From contig CAYMEV010000021.1 of NCBI GenBank assembly GCA_964389675.1, forward strand, positions 1 to 60,465: a stretch of 60,465 bases of DNA. Reading direction: 5' to 3'. Each line of letters starts with the position of its first letter. Within the stretch, counting starts at the first letter, position 1. Below, one piece after another: positions 51,167 to 60,465 of this stretch. The notes beneath the pieces were generated by a model. The model saw only the letters and a list, made by a program, of their open reading frames with translations. It searched no databases and was not told where the DNA came from. A program made the translations under genes and the position numbers. Origin of the DNA: an uncultured Candidatus Sumerlaeota bacterium. Lineage in GTDB: Bacteria > CAYMEV01.

Positions 51167-53569
51167 ATGGTGGCCGCAGGAATGAGTACTAAAAAAGACA
51201 GATACCAGCCTACAACGGAAATATTCTTGAGCAGGTGCTTCGATGACGCACTTGAAAACGGATACTTCGAAGGCGCAGCCAGAATTATGGAATTATTCAG
51301 CCCGAAGGGTTATACAGAAAGCGAGCTTAACCTCATCAGGGAATTTATTGGCAAGATCTCAGAGAGCCAGAAGGTTATCGGCAAGCTTTCCTTCTCAGGC
51401 AAAAACAAGGAAAATGAGCAGAAATTCCATTATCTGCTTGCTGTTCTTGAGGATGACTGCGACTTTTACAATTTTAAGATGATCAGGGAATTGCTGAAAC
51501 CGCTGAAGCCTTCTTCTGATGCTGAAAAGAAACTCATGAAGACTGTAAAGGATAAGGTAAGCCACAAGGAAGAAGAGTTTGAAAAATACGAGGCAATATA
51601 TGAAATGCTGAAGGACAGGGATTTCAAGGGCGCTTCAGATGAAAGCAGGAAACTCCTTGCAAAGGACCCTGAGGATAAAGAGGCACTGCTGTTTTTATAC
51701 AGGGCTAACGGCAGTCTGAACAGGATCAATGCCATAAGCAGCATACTGAAGGATGATAAGATCTTTCAGGATTTTGACCTGGTTATCTATAATCTGATGG
51801 ACCTTCTGAGGTATCTCTCCAAAGATTCTCAGTCTTACAGGAAGGTCATAGACCTGATGGACGTGTTTGTTACGGAGAAAAAGAAAAAATTCATACTCGA
51901 TGAAATGATTGAAAAGGGGTATCAGTCCATAGAAAAAGGTGATATTGAGTCTGCGACGAGGATGGCTCAGAAAGCCATTGAGATCGACAGGAACAGCCTC
52001 GCAGCCAATGAACTGCTGAAAAGCCTTCAGACTGTCAATAATTTTGAAGTACTCCTTTCAAAGGGAAAATCACTCTATTATAAGGGCGATTTTACAAGTG
52101 CCCTTGAAATATTCAAGCAATGTGTTGAAATTACCGGCAAAACAGATGATCTTCAGGATTTCATAGCAAAGATAGAGACAAGGCTTCAGCTTGAAGATAT
52201 GTACAATAAGGCCATCCTGTTCTATAAGAAAGAGGACTGGAAAAATGCAATTGAGCATTTTAATCTGATACTCGAAAAGGATAAGGAATACAAGAAGGTG
52301 CAGAAACTTCTTGAAAATGCGTCAAAAAAACTCGAACTTGAAGAATTATCGCAAAAGTTGGAAAATGCAATATCTATTAATGATGCAGAATATTCCAAGT
52401 CGCTTCTGAAAAAGATGAAAGATATAGATCCTGAATATATCGATATAAAAAATTATGAAGAAAGGCTTAATGCGTCCGATAACCTGAACAAGTACCTGAA
52501 AAAGGCATCAGGCGAACTGAACAGGAAAAACTTCCCGGAAGCAAGGCAGGCGATTGAAAAAGCCCTTGATATTGATCCTACTCATAATCAGGCCTTAAAG
52601 CTTTACAAGAGGATAGATGAAGAAGAGAAAATTGCAGAAATCCTTGAGAGAGCACTTAATGCCTTTTCAGAGGAAAACTATGATGAGATACTTGAGCTTT
52701 GCAGAAAGGGGCTGCTTATCCAGCCTGATAATAAAGAGCTGAGACAGCTCAACGAGAATGCAAAAGAACAGAGCAGAGCAAGGGAGAAGCTGTTTGAAGC
52801 AAGGGCCCTTCTTGCAAAGGATAAACTTGGGGATGCCAATAAAGTCCTGTCGGGGATTCTAAGCATCGACCCTGATAATAACGAGGCAAACGACCTCTTA
52901 AAAAGGGTAGAGAAGAAAATAATGCTCAATACACTTCTCACAAAAGGCTTGAACAGCCTTCAGAAGAAGGATCTTGAAGGGGCTAAGATCATTTTCAATG
53001 AAGCACTGAAGATAGAACCCAGTAATAAGAGGATCAAGGAATATCTGCAGAAGATCGAATCTGTTATAAAGGTTGAGGATAAGGATAAGGACGAAATTAC
53101 CAAGGTTACAAAAATGCCGGTGAAGGATTCCAGTGATAAGGTAATAGAACTGATGAACTCAAAGGAATTTGATATTGCCCTTGCCTATCTAAATACAGTT
53201 ATGCAGGCTGACCCTGAAGATGAGAAAATGAAAAGGCTTCGGGAAAAACTGGAGCAGATCATCTCCAGGCTGGATGAGCTTGAAAATGAAGCAATAAAGT
53301 CATTCCAGGATGGTGATTATAATACTTCGATGGTGAAATGGAAGAAGCTTTTAGGAAATGTCAATCCCAAATCAAGCAGGTTTCATACACTGCAGCTGCA
53401 GTTCCAGGGAGTTCTTGAAACAATGTCCCATGAGCTTATACAAAGAGCGGAATCCCATATTTCCAGGGGAAACATGGAAAAGGCAAAAAATACCCTTAAT
53501 GTTCTGGGCAAATTGCCTCTGGAAGGAATTGCAGATAAAGTAAAAGAGCTCTCCAAGGCTATAAAATAG
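51167..53569 (+). CDS. Large cytoplasmic TPR-like helical repeat protein
   Basis: 800 aa, eight consecutive 49-aa TPR-like repeats, no signal peptide. Confidence 0.85.
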   Translation: MVAAGMSTKKDRYQPTTEIFLSRCFDDALENGYFEGAARIMELFSPKGYTESELNLIREFIGKISESQKVIGKLSFSGKNKENEQKFHYLLAVLEDDCDFYNFKMIRELLKPLKPSSDAEKKLMKTVKDKVSHKEEEFEKYEAIYEMLKDRDFKGASDESRKLLAKDPEDKEALLFLYRANGSLNRINAISSILKDDKIFQDFDLVIYNLMDLLRYLSKDSQSYRKVIDLMDVFVTEKKKKFILDEMIEKGYQSIEKGDIESATRMAQKAIEIDRNSLAANELLKSLQTVNNFEVLLSKGKSLYYKGDFTSALEIFKQCVEITGKTDDLQDFIAKIETRLQLEDMYNKAILFYKKEDWKNAIEHFNLILEKDKEYKKVQKLLENASKKLELEELSQKLENAISINDAEYSKSLLKKMKDIDPEYIDIKNYEERLNASDNLNKYLKKASGELNRKNFPEARQAIEKALDIDPTHNQALKLYKRIDEEEKIAEILERALNAFSEENYDEILELCRKGLLIQPDNKELRQLNENAKEQSRAREKLFEARALLAKDKLGDANKVLSGILSIDPDNNEANDLLKRVEKKIMLNTLLTKGLNSLQKKDLEGAKIIFNEALKIEPSNKRIKEYLQKIESVIKVEDKDKDEITKVTKMPVKDSSDKVIELMNSKEFDIALAYLNTVMQADPEDEKMKRLREKLEQIISRLDELENEAIKSFQDGDYNTSMVKWKKLLGNVNPKSSRFHTLQLQFQGVLETMSHELIQRAESHISRGNMEKAKNTLNVLGKLPLEGIADKVKELSKAIK

Positions 53570-53634
53570 AAAAATTATGGATGATATCATACTGATTATA
53601 TCCATTGTATAAAAATACACAAAGGAGATTTATT

Positions 53635-54705
53635 ATGAACATAGAGAAAATCAGAGAACTTCTCGCAAACGATGCTTCCTACCTCCTTGACTACAAGGCG
53701 GTCAAGATATCCAGGGATGTTCTGCATCATCCCGGCCCGAATTTTGTTGATGAGGTATTTATGCAGAGCGACAGGAACATAAGGGTTCTTTCGAATATGC
53801 AAAGGCTGTTCTCAAATGGCAGGCTTGCAAATACCGGGTATCTTTCAATCCTCCCGGTCGATCAGGGAATTGAGCATTCCGGCGGTGCTTCCTTTGCCCC
53901 TAACCCTATGTACTTTGACCCGGAAAATATTATCAGATTAGCTATGGAAGGGGGATGCAACGGAGTTGCAAGTACCCTGGGGGTCCTGGGCTCAGTGGCA
54001 AGAAAGTATGCCCATAAGATACCTTTTATATTGAAGATAAATCATAATGAATTATTGTCCTACCCGAACAGCTTCGATCAGATTATGTTCGCCAATGTCG
54101 AGCAGGCCTTTGATATGGGCGCTGTAGCAGTAGGCGCTACCATCTATTACGGTTCGGAAGAGAGCTCCAGGCAGATAGTGGAGGTTTCTGAGGCATTCAG
54201 ATATGCTCATGAGCTGGGGATGATCACAGTTCTCTGGTGTTATCTGAGAAACAGCGCTTTCAAGATAAAGGGCAAGGATTACCACACCTCATCCGACCTT
54301 ACAGGACAGGCAAACCATCTTGGGGCAACGATAGAAGCTGATATTATAAAACAGAAACAGCCTGAAATAAACTACGGCTATGCAGCCGTCAAGGAAGCAT
54401 ATCAGACAAGCTATGGGAAAACACATCCAAAGATGCAGGATATGATAAGCGACCACCCGATAGACATGACCAGGTATCAGGTAGCAAATTCCTATATGGG
54501 AAGAATAGGCCTTATTAATTCAGGAGGGGCATCCGGAAAGGATGATCTGGCCCAGGCCGTTAAGACTGCCATAGTAAACAAGAGAGCAGGAGGAATGGGG
54601 CTTATAAGCGGAAGAAAGGCCTTCCAGAAGCCCATGGAAGAAGGCATCAGGATACTCAATGCAATCCAGGATGTCTACCTCTGCAAGGATATTACAATAG
54701 CATAA
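53635..54705 (+). CDS. fbaB: Class I fructose-bisphosphate aldolase
   Basis: [30 protein letters not shown] 53635 after AAGGAG. Confidence 0.95.
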   Translation: MNIEKIRELLANDASYLLDYKAVKISRDVLHHPGPNFVDEVFMQSDRNIRVLSNMQRLFSNGRLANTGYLSILPVDQGIEHSGGASFAPNPMYFDPENIIRLAMEGGCNGVASTLGVLGSVARKYAHKIPFILKINHNELLSYPNSFDQIMFANVEQAFDMGAVAVGATIYYGSEESSRQIVEVSEAFRYAHELGMITVLWCYLRNSAFKIKGKDYHTSSDLTGQANHLGATIEADIIKQKQPEINYGYAAVKEAYQTSYGKTHPKMQDMISDHPIDMTRYQVANSYMGRIGLINSGGASGKDDLAQAVKTAIVNKRAGGMGLISGRKAFQKPMEEGIRILNAIQDVYLCKDITIA

Positions 54706-54726
54706 AAAAAATGGATTGGGCGGGCC

Positions 54727-55782
54727 TTAGCCGTCCGATCCTTCCTCTTTTGCCTTTGCACCGCTTTTATACAGCCCTCTTACAGAAAAAAGGATACCGC
54801 CAAGGAAGCCCTGCAGGATCTGCATCAGAAAATCTGCTATTGCAAAGGCTCCTCCTGACTGAGCATTAGAGCCAAGAACCTCAAAGCTTTTTATTACTGA
54901 CAGGTCCCTTAAGCCAAGCCCTGCGAAGGATAATGGTATTATCAGCACAAGAAGCAGCAGGGGAATGAAAATGAAATGGTCGAGAAAGCTTATTTCCCTT
55001 ATGCCAAAGGATAATGATATAAAATAGTAATGGATGATGACATTCAGCTGAAGCAAAAAGGAAAGAAACATTATCTTAAGGAGCTTGGCAGGAGAACTCC
55101 AGTATATTGAAAGAGCTTCCCTGAATTTTTTAACCCTGTTATGTGAAAGCTTTTTAATAATGTTGATCCTGAAAAGCCATTTAAAATAGCCTGCTGTTTT
55201 TGGGTGTACCAGGAGGAACATGAATACCAGCCCCAGGCTGAAAAGCAAAAACAGGAAAAAAAGACTGATGAGCTTGCTCTGGTCAACTTCTCCATGATTT
55301 GTAACAATCCGGTAAAGTGTTGAAAAAAGCCCGAACAGAAGCAGGATAAAAAGCCCTGAACCCCTTTCTATGATTATTACGGCTATGCTTTTCTCCATTT
55401 CCCTGCTCTGCTTTGCAGTATCGTATATCCTTGATACATCCCCGCCGTATCTTCCAGGTATCAGCACATTAAAAAACTGGCTTACTATATAGTATTCCAT
55501 CAGCCTGGTTACCCTTGATTCTATATTCTGGATCTTTAACAGGTCCTTCCAGCGTACAGCGCTGAGCCAGAATCCAATTATATGGAATGAAAAGGCAGCC
55601 AGGATAAGGGGTACTGAGACAGTTTTAAGCTTTTCCCATATATCAATGAAATCGACCTTGGCTGTAAACACATAATAGAGAAGAAAAAGGGATGACAATA
55701 ATTTAAATGCAAATAGCAATAATGATTTCTTCTTCTTTTTCTGGTTTCCATGAACTGCAATCTGATCTTTCATATCGGGCAA
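54727..55782 (-). CDS. UPF0104 / lysylphosphatidylglycerol-synthase-TM (flippase-like) membrane protein
   Basis: RW, FFNVLIPGRYGGD, IER, PLSFAGLGLRD; multiple TM segments. Confidence 0.85.
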   Translation of the reverse strand: MPDMKDQIAVHGNQKKKKKSLLLFAFKLLSSLFLLYYVFTAKVDFIDIWEKLKTVSVPLILAAFSFHIIGFWLSAVRWKDLLKIQNIESRVTRLMEYYIVSQFFNVLIPGRYGGDVSRIYDTAKQSREMEKSIAVIIIERGSGLFILLLFGLFSTLYRIVTNHGEVDQSKLISLFFLFLLFSLGLVFMFLLVHPKTAGYFKWLFRINIIKKLSHNRVKKFREALSIYWSSPAKLLKIMFLSFLLQLNVIIHYYFISLSFGIREISFLDHFIFIPLLLLVLIIPLSFAGLGLRDLSVIKSFEVLGSNAQSGGAFAIADFLMQILQGFLGGILFSVRGLYKSGAKAKEEGSDG

Positions 55783-55839
55783 ATTAGCACAAACTTATTT
55801 GTTTGTAAATAAATATAAGTTGCTGTATAAAATAATCTA

Positions 55840-57714
55840 ATGTGCGGTATATGCGGAATTTATTACTTTGATAAAACAAGGAATGTAGAAAGTGAGCTTC
55901 TGCATTCAATGAACGATCTAATTTTTCACCGGGGGCCTGATGAGGACGGCTACTATATTGAAGCAAACATAGGCCTTGCGATGAGGAGGCTTATGGTTAT
56001 AGACCTTGAAACGGGCTCACAGCCGGTGATGAATGAGGACGGGAGTCTTGTAACTGTTTATAACGGGGAAATATATAACTTTAGCAGTTTGAGAAACAGG
56101 CTCAAAGCCAAAGGGCATATATTCCGGACGAATTGTGATACTGAAGTGATACTTCATGCTTATGAGCAATGGGGCTATGATTTCCCAAAGCACCTGAACG
56201 GCATGTTTGCCATAGCCATTTTTGACAGAAAGGCCAGCAGGCTTATTCTTGTCAGGGACAGGTTCGGTATTAAGCCACTATATTATCTCTGTAAGAGCAA
56301 TGTGCTGGTCTTTGGCTCAGAGCTGAAACCAATAATAAGGTCCGGCTGTTCTGACCTTGAGATAGATGACCTTGCGCTGTCCTATCTATTAAGCCTGGAG
56401 TATATGCCCGCTCCATTTACGCTTGTAAAGGATATCAGAAAGATGCTCCCGGGGACAATGCTGGTTATTGAAGAGGGAAAAACCAGGGAAATAAGGTATT
56501 ATGACCTTTTAGAAAATAGAAAAAGCATTGATCCCGCAGGTATCAGGGAAGCAGTAGCTGATGAGCTTTCCAGGTCAGTGGAAAGGAGGCTTATATCGGA
56601 TGTTCCCCTGGGGGCTTTTTTAAGCGGAGGTATTGATTCAAGTATCATTGTGCATCTTATGAAAGAGAAAAATGCAAATCCATTGAGGACATTTTCAATA
56701 GGCTTTGATGAATCATCTTATAATGAGCTTAAATACAGCCAGTTAATGGCAGATACGGTGGGGTCAGAGCACACAGCATTCAAGCTTAAGCCGGATATCC
56801 TCAGCATTATTGATAAACTCATATATTTTATGGATGAACCTGTCGGTGATTTTTCCATATTCCCTACCTATATGATCTCCAGGATGACAAGGGACCATGT
56901 TACAGTAGCTCTTTCAGGCGATGGGGGAGATGAGCTTTTTGGAGGGTATGAGCAGTACAGGGCTCACCTTCTATCAAGATATTTCAGCTGGATACCGAGG
57001 CTTATTCTTCTTCAACTGATAAAGACAGAGGGCCTTGTCCCGCCATCTAAAAAGAAGAAGGGATTTATCAACAATCTAAAGAGGTTTATGCAGGGACTGA
57101 GATTCGATCCATCCCTGCTCCACTACAGATGGATGCTGTTCTTTGATGAGAGAGGGTTTGACAGCCTATTCACTGACCCCGGGGCACGCGATCATTTTCT
57201 GGAAATTTTCAGCTATATAAGGTCTTTATTTGATAAGGCCAAGGATATGGATGAAATAAACCGCATGTGCTATGCTGATTTCAGCCTCTACATGCAGGAG
57301 AACATTCTCCTTAAGGTTGACAGGATGAGCATGGCAAACTCACTTGAGGTAAGGGTCCCTTTTCTTGACCACAATCTGGTTGAGCTTGCTTTTTCCATCG
57401 GAGGAGAAAATAAGATACATAAATTAAGGTCAAAGCATGTCCTTAAGGAAGCATTCAGGGACAGGATACCCCGGGAGATAATTGACAGGGAGAAACAGGG
57501 ATTTTCAATCCCTCTTAAAAACTGGATCAGGGGAGACCTTAAAGATATGATATGGTCAGTACTTGTAAATCCCGGGCTTTATGGCGCATTCAATCCTTCA
57601 TGTATAAAGAGGCTTCTTGAAGAGCATATAAAAGGCAGCCACAATCACAGCCATAATATCTGGTCGATATTTGTATTCCAGAAATGGTATGAGACTTTTA
57701 TAAAAAATTCCTGA
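55840..57714 (+). CDS. asnB: Asparagine synthase (glutamine-hydrolysing)-type amidotransferase
   Basis: MCGICG, HRGPD, NGEIYN, LSGGIDSS, SGDGGDELFGGY, RVPFLD. Confidence 0.96.
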   Translation: MCGICGIYYFDKTRNVESELLHSMNDLIFHRGPDEDGYYIEANIGLAMRRLMVIDLETGSQPVMNEDGSLVTVYNGEIYNFSSLRNRLKAKGHIFRTNCDTEVILHAYEQWGYDFPKHLNGMFAIAIFDRKASRLILVRDRFGIKPLYYLCKSNVLVFGSELKPIIRSGCSDLEIDDLALSYLLSLEYMPAPFTLVKDIRKMLPGTMLVIEEGKTREIRYYDLLENRKSIDPAGIREAVADELSRSVERRLISDVPLGAFLSGGIDSSIIVHLMKEKNANPLRTFSIGFDESSYNELKYSQLMADTVGSEHTAFKLKPDILSIIDKLIYFMDEPVGDFSIFPTYMISRMTRDHVTVALSGDGGDELFGGYEQYRAHLLSRYFSWIPRLILLQLIKTEGLVPPSKKKKGFINNLKRFMQGLRFDPSLLHYRWMLFFDERGFDSLFTDPGARDHFLEIFSYIRSLFDKAKDMDEINRMCYADFSLYMQENILLKVDRMSMANSLEVRVPFLDHNLVELAFSIGGENKIHKLRSKHVLKEAFRDRIPREIIDREKQGFSIPLKNWIRGDLKDMIWSVLVNPGLYGAFNPSCIKRLLEEHIKGSHNHSHNIWSIFVFQKWYETFIKNS

Positions 57715-58145
57715 GACGCAAAAGCAACGCAAAAGGGACGGTTCTTTTTGCGTCGGCTTGGATGACACAAGTGGGAGCAGGCAGGAAGTGCGGGCTTTTT
57801 GTGTCGGGAATGACACAAGGGGGAATAAGCAGGAAGTGCGGGCTTTTTGTGTCGGGAATGANNNNNNNNNNNNNNNNNNNNNNNNNNNNNNNNNNNNNNN
57901 NNNNNNNNNNNNNNNNNNNNNNNNNNNNNNNNNNNNNNNNNNNNNNNNNNNNNNNNNNNNNGGGAGCAGGCAGGAAGTGCGGGCTTTTTGTGTCGGGAAT
58001 GACACAAGGGGGAATAAGCAGGAAGTGCGGGCTTTTTGTGTCGGTAGGAATGACACAAGTGGGAATAAGCAGGAAGTGCGGGCTTTTTGTGTCGGCAGGA
58101 ATGACACAAGGGGGAATAGACAAAGGAGAGGGATCTTTTTGTGTC
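57715..58145. repeat. Tandem array of palindromic 48/51-bp units, interrupted by an assembly gap
   Basis: Unit GCAGGAAGTGCGGGCTTTTTGTGTCGGGAATGACACAAGGGGGAATAA at 57781, 57829, 57970, 58018, 58069 plus degenerate end units; TTGTGTC/GACACAA inverted arms. Confidence 0.93.
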
Positions 58146-58309
58146 GGGAATGCATTCTGAAACATGAGATAATTCAGAAAGCCGGCATTTTATAACCGTG
58201 ACATTTCTAATTTGTTTTAACATTTTATAAAAAATTCATTGCAATAGGACTGCTTTTTTTATATATTTATTTGATTTTATGAAAGGAGATGGCTTAGGCC
58301 TGTATAGAT

Positions 58310-59428
58310 ATGAAAATACCGCTGATTGACCTTAATATTACATTTAAGGAGGCAGAAGAAGATATACGCAGGAATTTTGACCAGATATTCAGCACCCACA
58401 GATATGTTCTGGGTCCCTTCCAGAAGGAACTGGAGGATGTCATCAGCAAAAAGATAGGAGTAAAGCATGCAGTATCAGTATCATCCGGGACTGATGCCCT
58501 TCTTATCCTTCTCATGGCTTTGGGCATAGGCAGGGACGACGAGGTTATAACCTCTGATTTCACTTTCTTTGCCACAGCTGGTACTGTAGCAAGGCTTGGT
58601 GCCCTCCCGGTATTCTGTGATATCGACAAGGATACCCTGAACATCAGCCCTGAGGCTGTCAAAAACCTTATAACAAGCAGGACAAAGGCCATAATACCTG
58701 TTCATATCTTCGGGCAGTCAGCTGATATGGACGCCATTATGAAGATAGCTGAAGAAAATGGCCTTTATGTTATAGAGGATGCATGCCAGAGCATATACAG
58801 CAGGTACGGGGAAAGATATACAGGAAGCATCGGGCATGGTAGCGCTTTTTCATTTTTCCCTTCAAAGAACCTGGGGGGCCTTGGGGATGCAGGCATGGTC
58901 ACAACCAGTGATACAGAACTCTATGAAAGGATAATCTACCTCAGGAATCACGGGCAGACCAGCGGCTACTTCCATACCATGATAGGAGGCAATTTCAGGA
59001 TGGACGAATTTCAGGCCGCAGGGCTTCTCGCAAAGGAAAAGCACCTGGAAAAGAACAATACCCTGAGGAAAAAGAACGCCATGCACTACAGGGGCTTTTT
59101 TGAAGCCGAAGGCCTTCTGGAAAAGGGCCTTGTAAAGGTTCCTTTCGAGAGGTTTGACCATATATACCACCAGTATGTGATACAGGCCGAGGACAGGGAC
59201 AACCTTAAGGAATACTTGTCAGAAAACGATATAGGCTGTGCTGTTTATTACCCTCTTCCCCTGCATAAACAACCCTGCTTCAATTACCTTTCCTCAGCCA
59301 GCAGGAAGTACCCCGTAACTGAGGAGGCCTGTTCCAGAGCTCTGGGACTGCCTGTTTATCCGGGGCTCGAAGAAAAAGCTATAGAGCATATAGCCGGCAA
59401 GATCAGCGAGTTTTATAAAAGACATTAG
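58310..59428 (+). CDS. DegT/DnrJ/EryC1/StrS PLP-dependent sugar aminotransferase
   Basis: SSGTDAL, PVHIFGQ, IEDACQ, SFFPSKNLGGLGDAG, YHQY. Confidence 0.95.
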   Translation: MKIPLIDLNITFKEAEEDIRRNFDQIFSTHRYVLGPFQKELEDVISKKIGVKHAVSVSSGTDALLILLMALGIGRDDEVITSDFTFFATAGTVARLGALPVFCDIDKDTLNISPEAVKNLITSRTKAIIPVHIFGQSADMDAIMKIAEENGLYVIEDACQSIYSRYGERYTGSIGHGSAFSFFPSKNLGGLGDAGMVTTSDTELYERIIYLRNHGQTSGYFHTMIGGNFRMDEFQAAGLLAKEKHLEKNNTLRKKNAMHYRGFFEAEGLLEKGLVKVPFERFDHIYHQYVIQAEDRDNLKEYLSENDIGCAVYYPLPLHKQPCFNYLSSASRKYPVTEEACSRALGLPVYPGLEEKAIEHIAGKISEFYKRH

Positions 59429-59470
59429 AAGAGATGGATATACTTCAGGACAGGATGGCCAGCTGATTTT

Positions 59471-60465
59471 ATGCTGCATTTAATACTTATCCCCCTCGGA
59501 GCTGCAATATTTCTGTCTGTAAACATGGGGGGCAGTGGGGTTGCTTCAGCTTTCTCCGCTGCCTATGGGGCCAATCTGATAAGGAAGGACCTTATCCCAG
59601 GGCTGTTTGGCGCTTTTGTTCTGTTGGGGGCACTTTTTTCCGGAGAAAAGGTAGTTAATACACTGGGGAACGGTATAGTCAGGGAAGGGAATTTTTCCAT
59701 AACAGTGACCACTATTATGCTTATATCAGTGGGTATAGCCATAATGCTTGCCAATATGCTGAAGGTCCCCCAGTCCACCAGCCAGGCGGCGGTTTTCAGC
59801 CTGATGGGCATAGGTGCTGCCTTAAGCGATGTTAATATTGACAGGCTGGTATTTCACATATTCCCGGCCTGGATCTACCTCCCGATACTTGCCTTTTTTC
59901 TTACCTTTCTGGTGGGGAGGTTTATCTACAAGCCAATAAAGGAGAGGGAAATAGTGGATTTTCCCTCCATAAGCGCTCATCCCGGCATACGTTACGGTGT
60001 CATTGCCAGCTCATGCTATGTATCCTATGCCATAGGGGCCAATAATGTGGCAAATGCATCCGGCCCTGTATATTCCATGCTCTTTAACAATATGGGCCTG
60101 CCTGGCAACAGCCTTCTTATTATTATCCTTTCGGTCCTTATAATTGCACCCTGGTTCGGCATCGGGGGCTCCATCTTCTCAAGCCGTGTCCTGGAGCCTA
60201 CTGGAAAGGAAATAATAGAGTTCGGCCCGCTGGGTTCACTTTCCATATCCCTGGTGACAGCCAGCCTGCTTCTTTATGTGTCCCTGGCCGGAGGCATACC
60301 AGCAGCGCTTGCCCAGCTGAATATAGGAGCAATACTGGGGCTCGGGGTATATAAAGAGGGTTTTAAGAAGCTGTTTACAAAGCAGAAGGTAAAGAGGATA
60401 TTCCTTGTATGGGTAATCTCCCCATGCATTGCCTTTGTGATAAGCTATTTTCTGATGATACTGGC
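59471..60465 (+). CDS. PiT-family anion permease, CysP-like (partial; runs off window)
   Basis: Not in ORF track; MLHLILIPLGAAIFLSVNMGGSGVASAFSAAYGAN...VPQSTSQA...AIGANNVANA. Confidence 0.85.
   Translation, partial: MLHLILIPLGAAIFLSVNMGGSGVASAFSAAYGANLIRKDLIPGLFGAFVLLGALFSGEKVVNTLGNGIVREGNFSITVTTIMLISVGIAIMLANMLKVPQSTSQAAVFSLMGIGAALSDVNIDRLVFHIFPAWIYLPILAFFLTFLVGRFIYKPIKEREIVDFPSISAHPGIRYGVIASSCYVSYAIGANNVANASGPVYSMLFNNMGLPGNSLLIIILSVLIIAPWFGIGGSIFSSRVLEPTGKEIIEFGPLGSLSISLVTASLLLYVSLAGGIPAALAQLNIGAILGLGVYKEGFKKLFTKQKVKRIFLVWVISPCIAFVISYFLMIL

Noticed and set aside
53577-53605. Imperfect inverted repeat before fbaB
   Set aside because: AT-rich and mismatched, no U tract; not distinguishable from chance
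57715-58145. CRISPR array
   Set aside because: Sequences between palindromes are near-identical, not unique spacers; no cas genes in the window
57598-58223. Five overlapping ORFs across the repeat
   Set aside because: Open frames result from the 48/51-bp period and the N-gap; no convincing SD, and several overlap asnB
59434-59466. 10-codon ORF before the PiT permease (leader peptide?)
   Set aside because: No regulatory codon run or attenuator structure; expected by chance

Overview
Low-GC bacterial chromosomal window (draft assembly with N-gaps at 15633-15680 and 57862-57961). About 32.5 kb (2054-34540) is one co-oriented ribosomal/RNA polymerase superoperon: tRNA-Tyr/Gly/Thr, tuf, rpmG, tRNA-Trp, secE, nusG, rplKAJL, rpoBC, rpsLG, fusA (no second tuf), then S10, spc and alpha genes through rplQ. 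Left of it lie a truncated xerD-type recombinase and, divergent from it, three genes resembling an orphan type III secretion needle/rod protein, a TPR chaperone and a small partner. Right of it lie a transglutaminase-like lipoprotein; a minus-strand run (dksA, apgM-type mutase, pseudo histidine kinase, two receivers, DUF507-like, GAF/HD-GYP, TamB-like, GT2, MMPL, queD); ABC-F; a degenerate methyltransferase; a TPR-like protein with a strict 49-aa period; class I aldolase; surface-glycan genes (UPF0104, asnB, DegT) split by a 48/51-bp palindromic tandem array; and a partial CysP-like PiT permease. Insertions in RpoB and SecY recall Acidobacteriota-related lineages (recalled, not searched). Best novelty candidates: the T3SS-like module, the palindromic array, a peptide motif shared by the S3 and L29 tails, a SecE with an extra C-terminal helix, and a ChpT-like phosphorelay. 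All calls come from reading the sequence; no searches were run.
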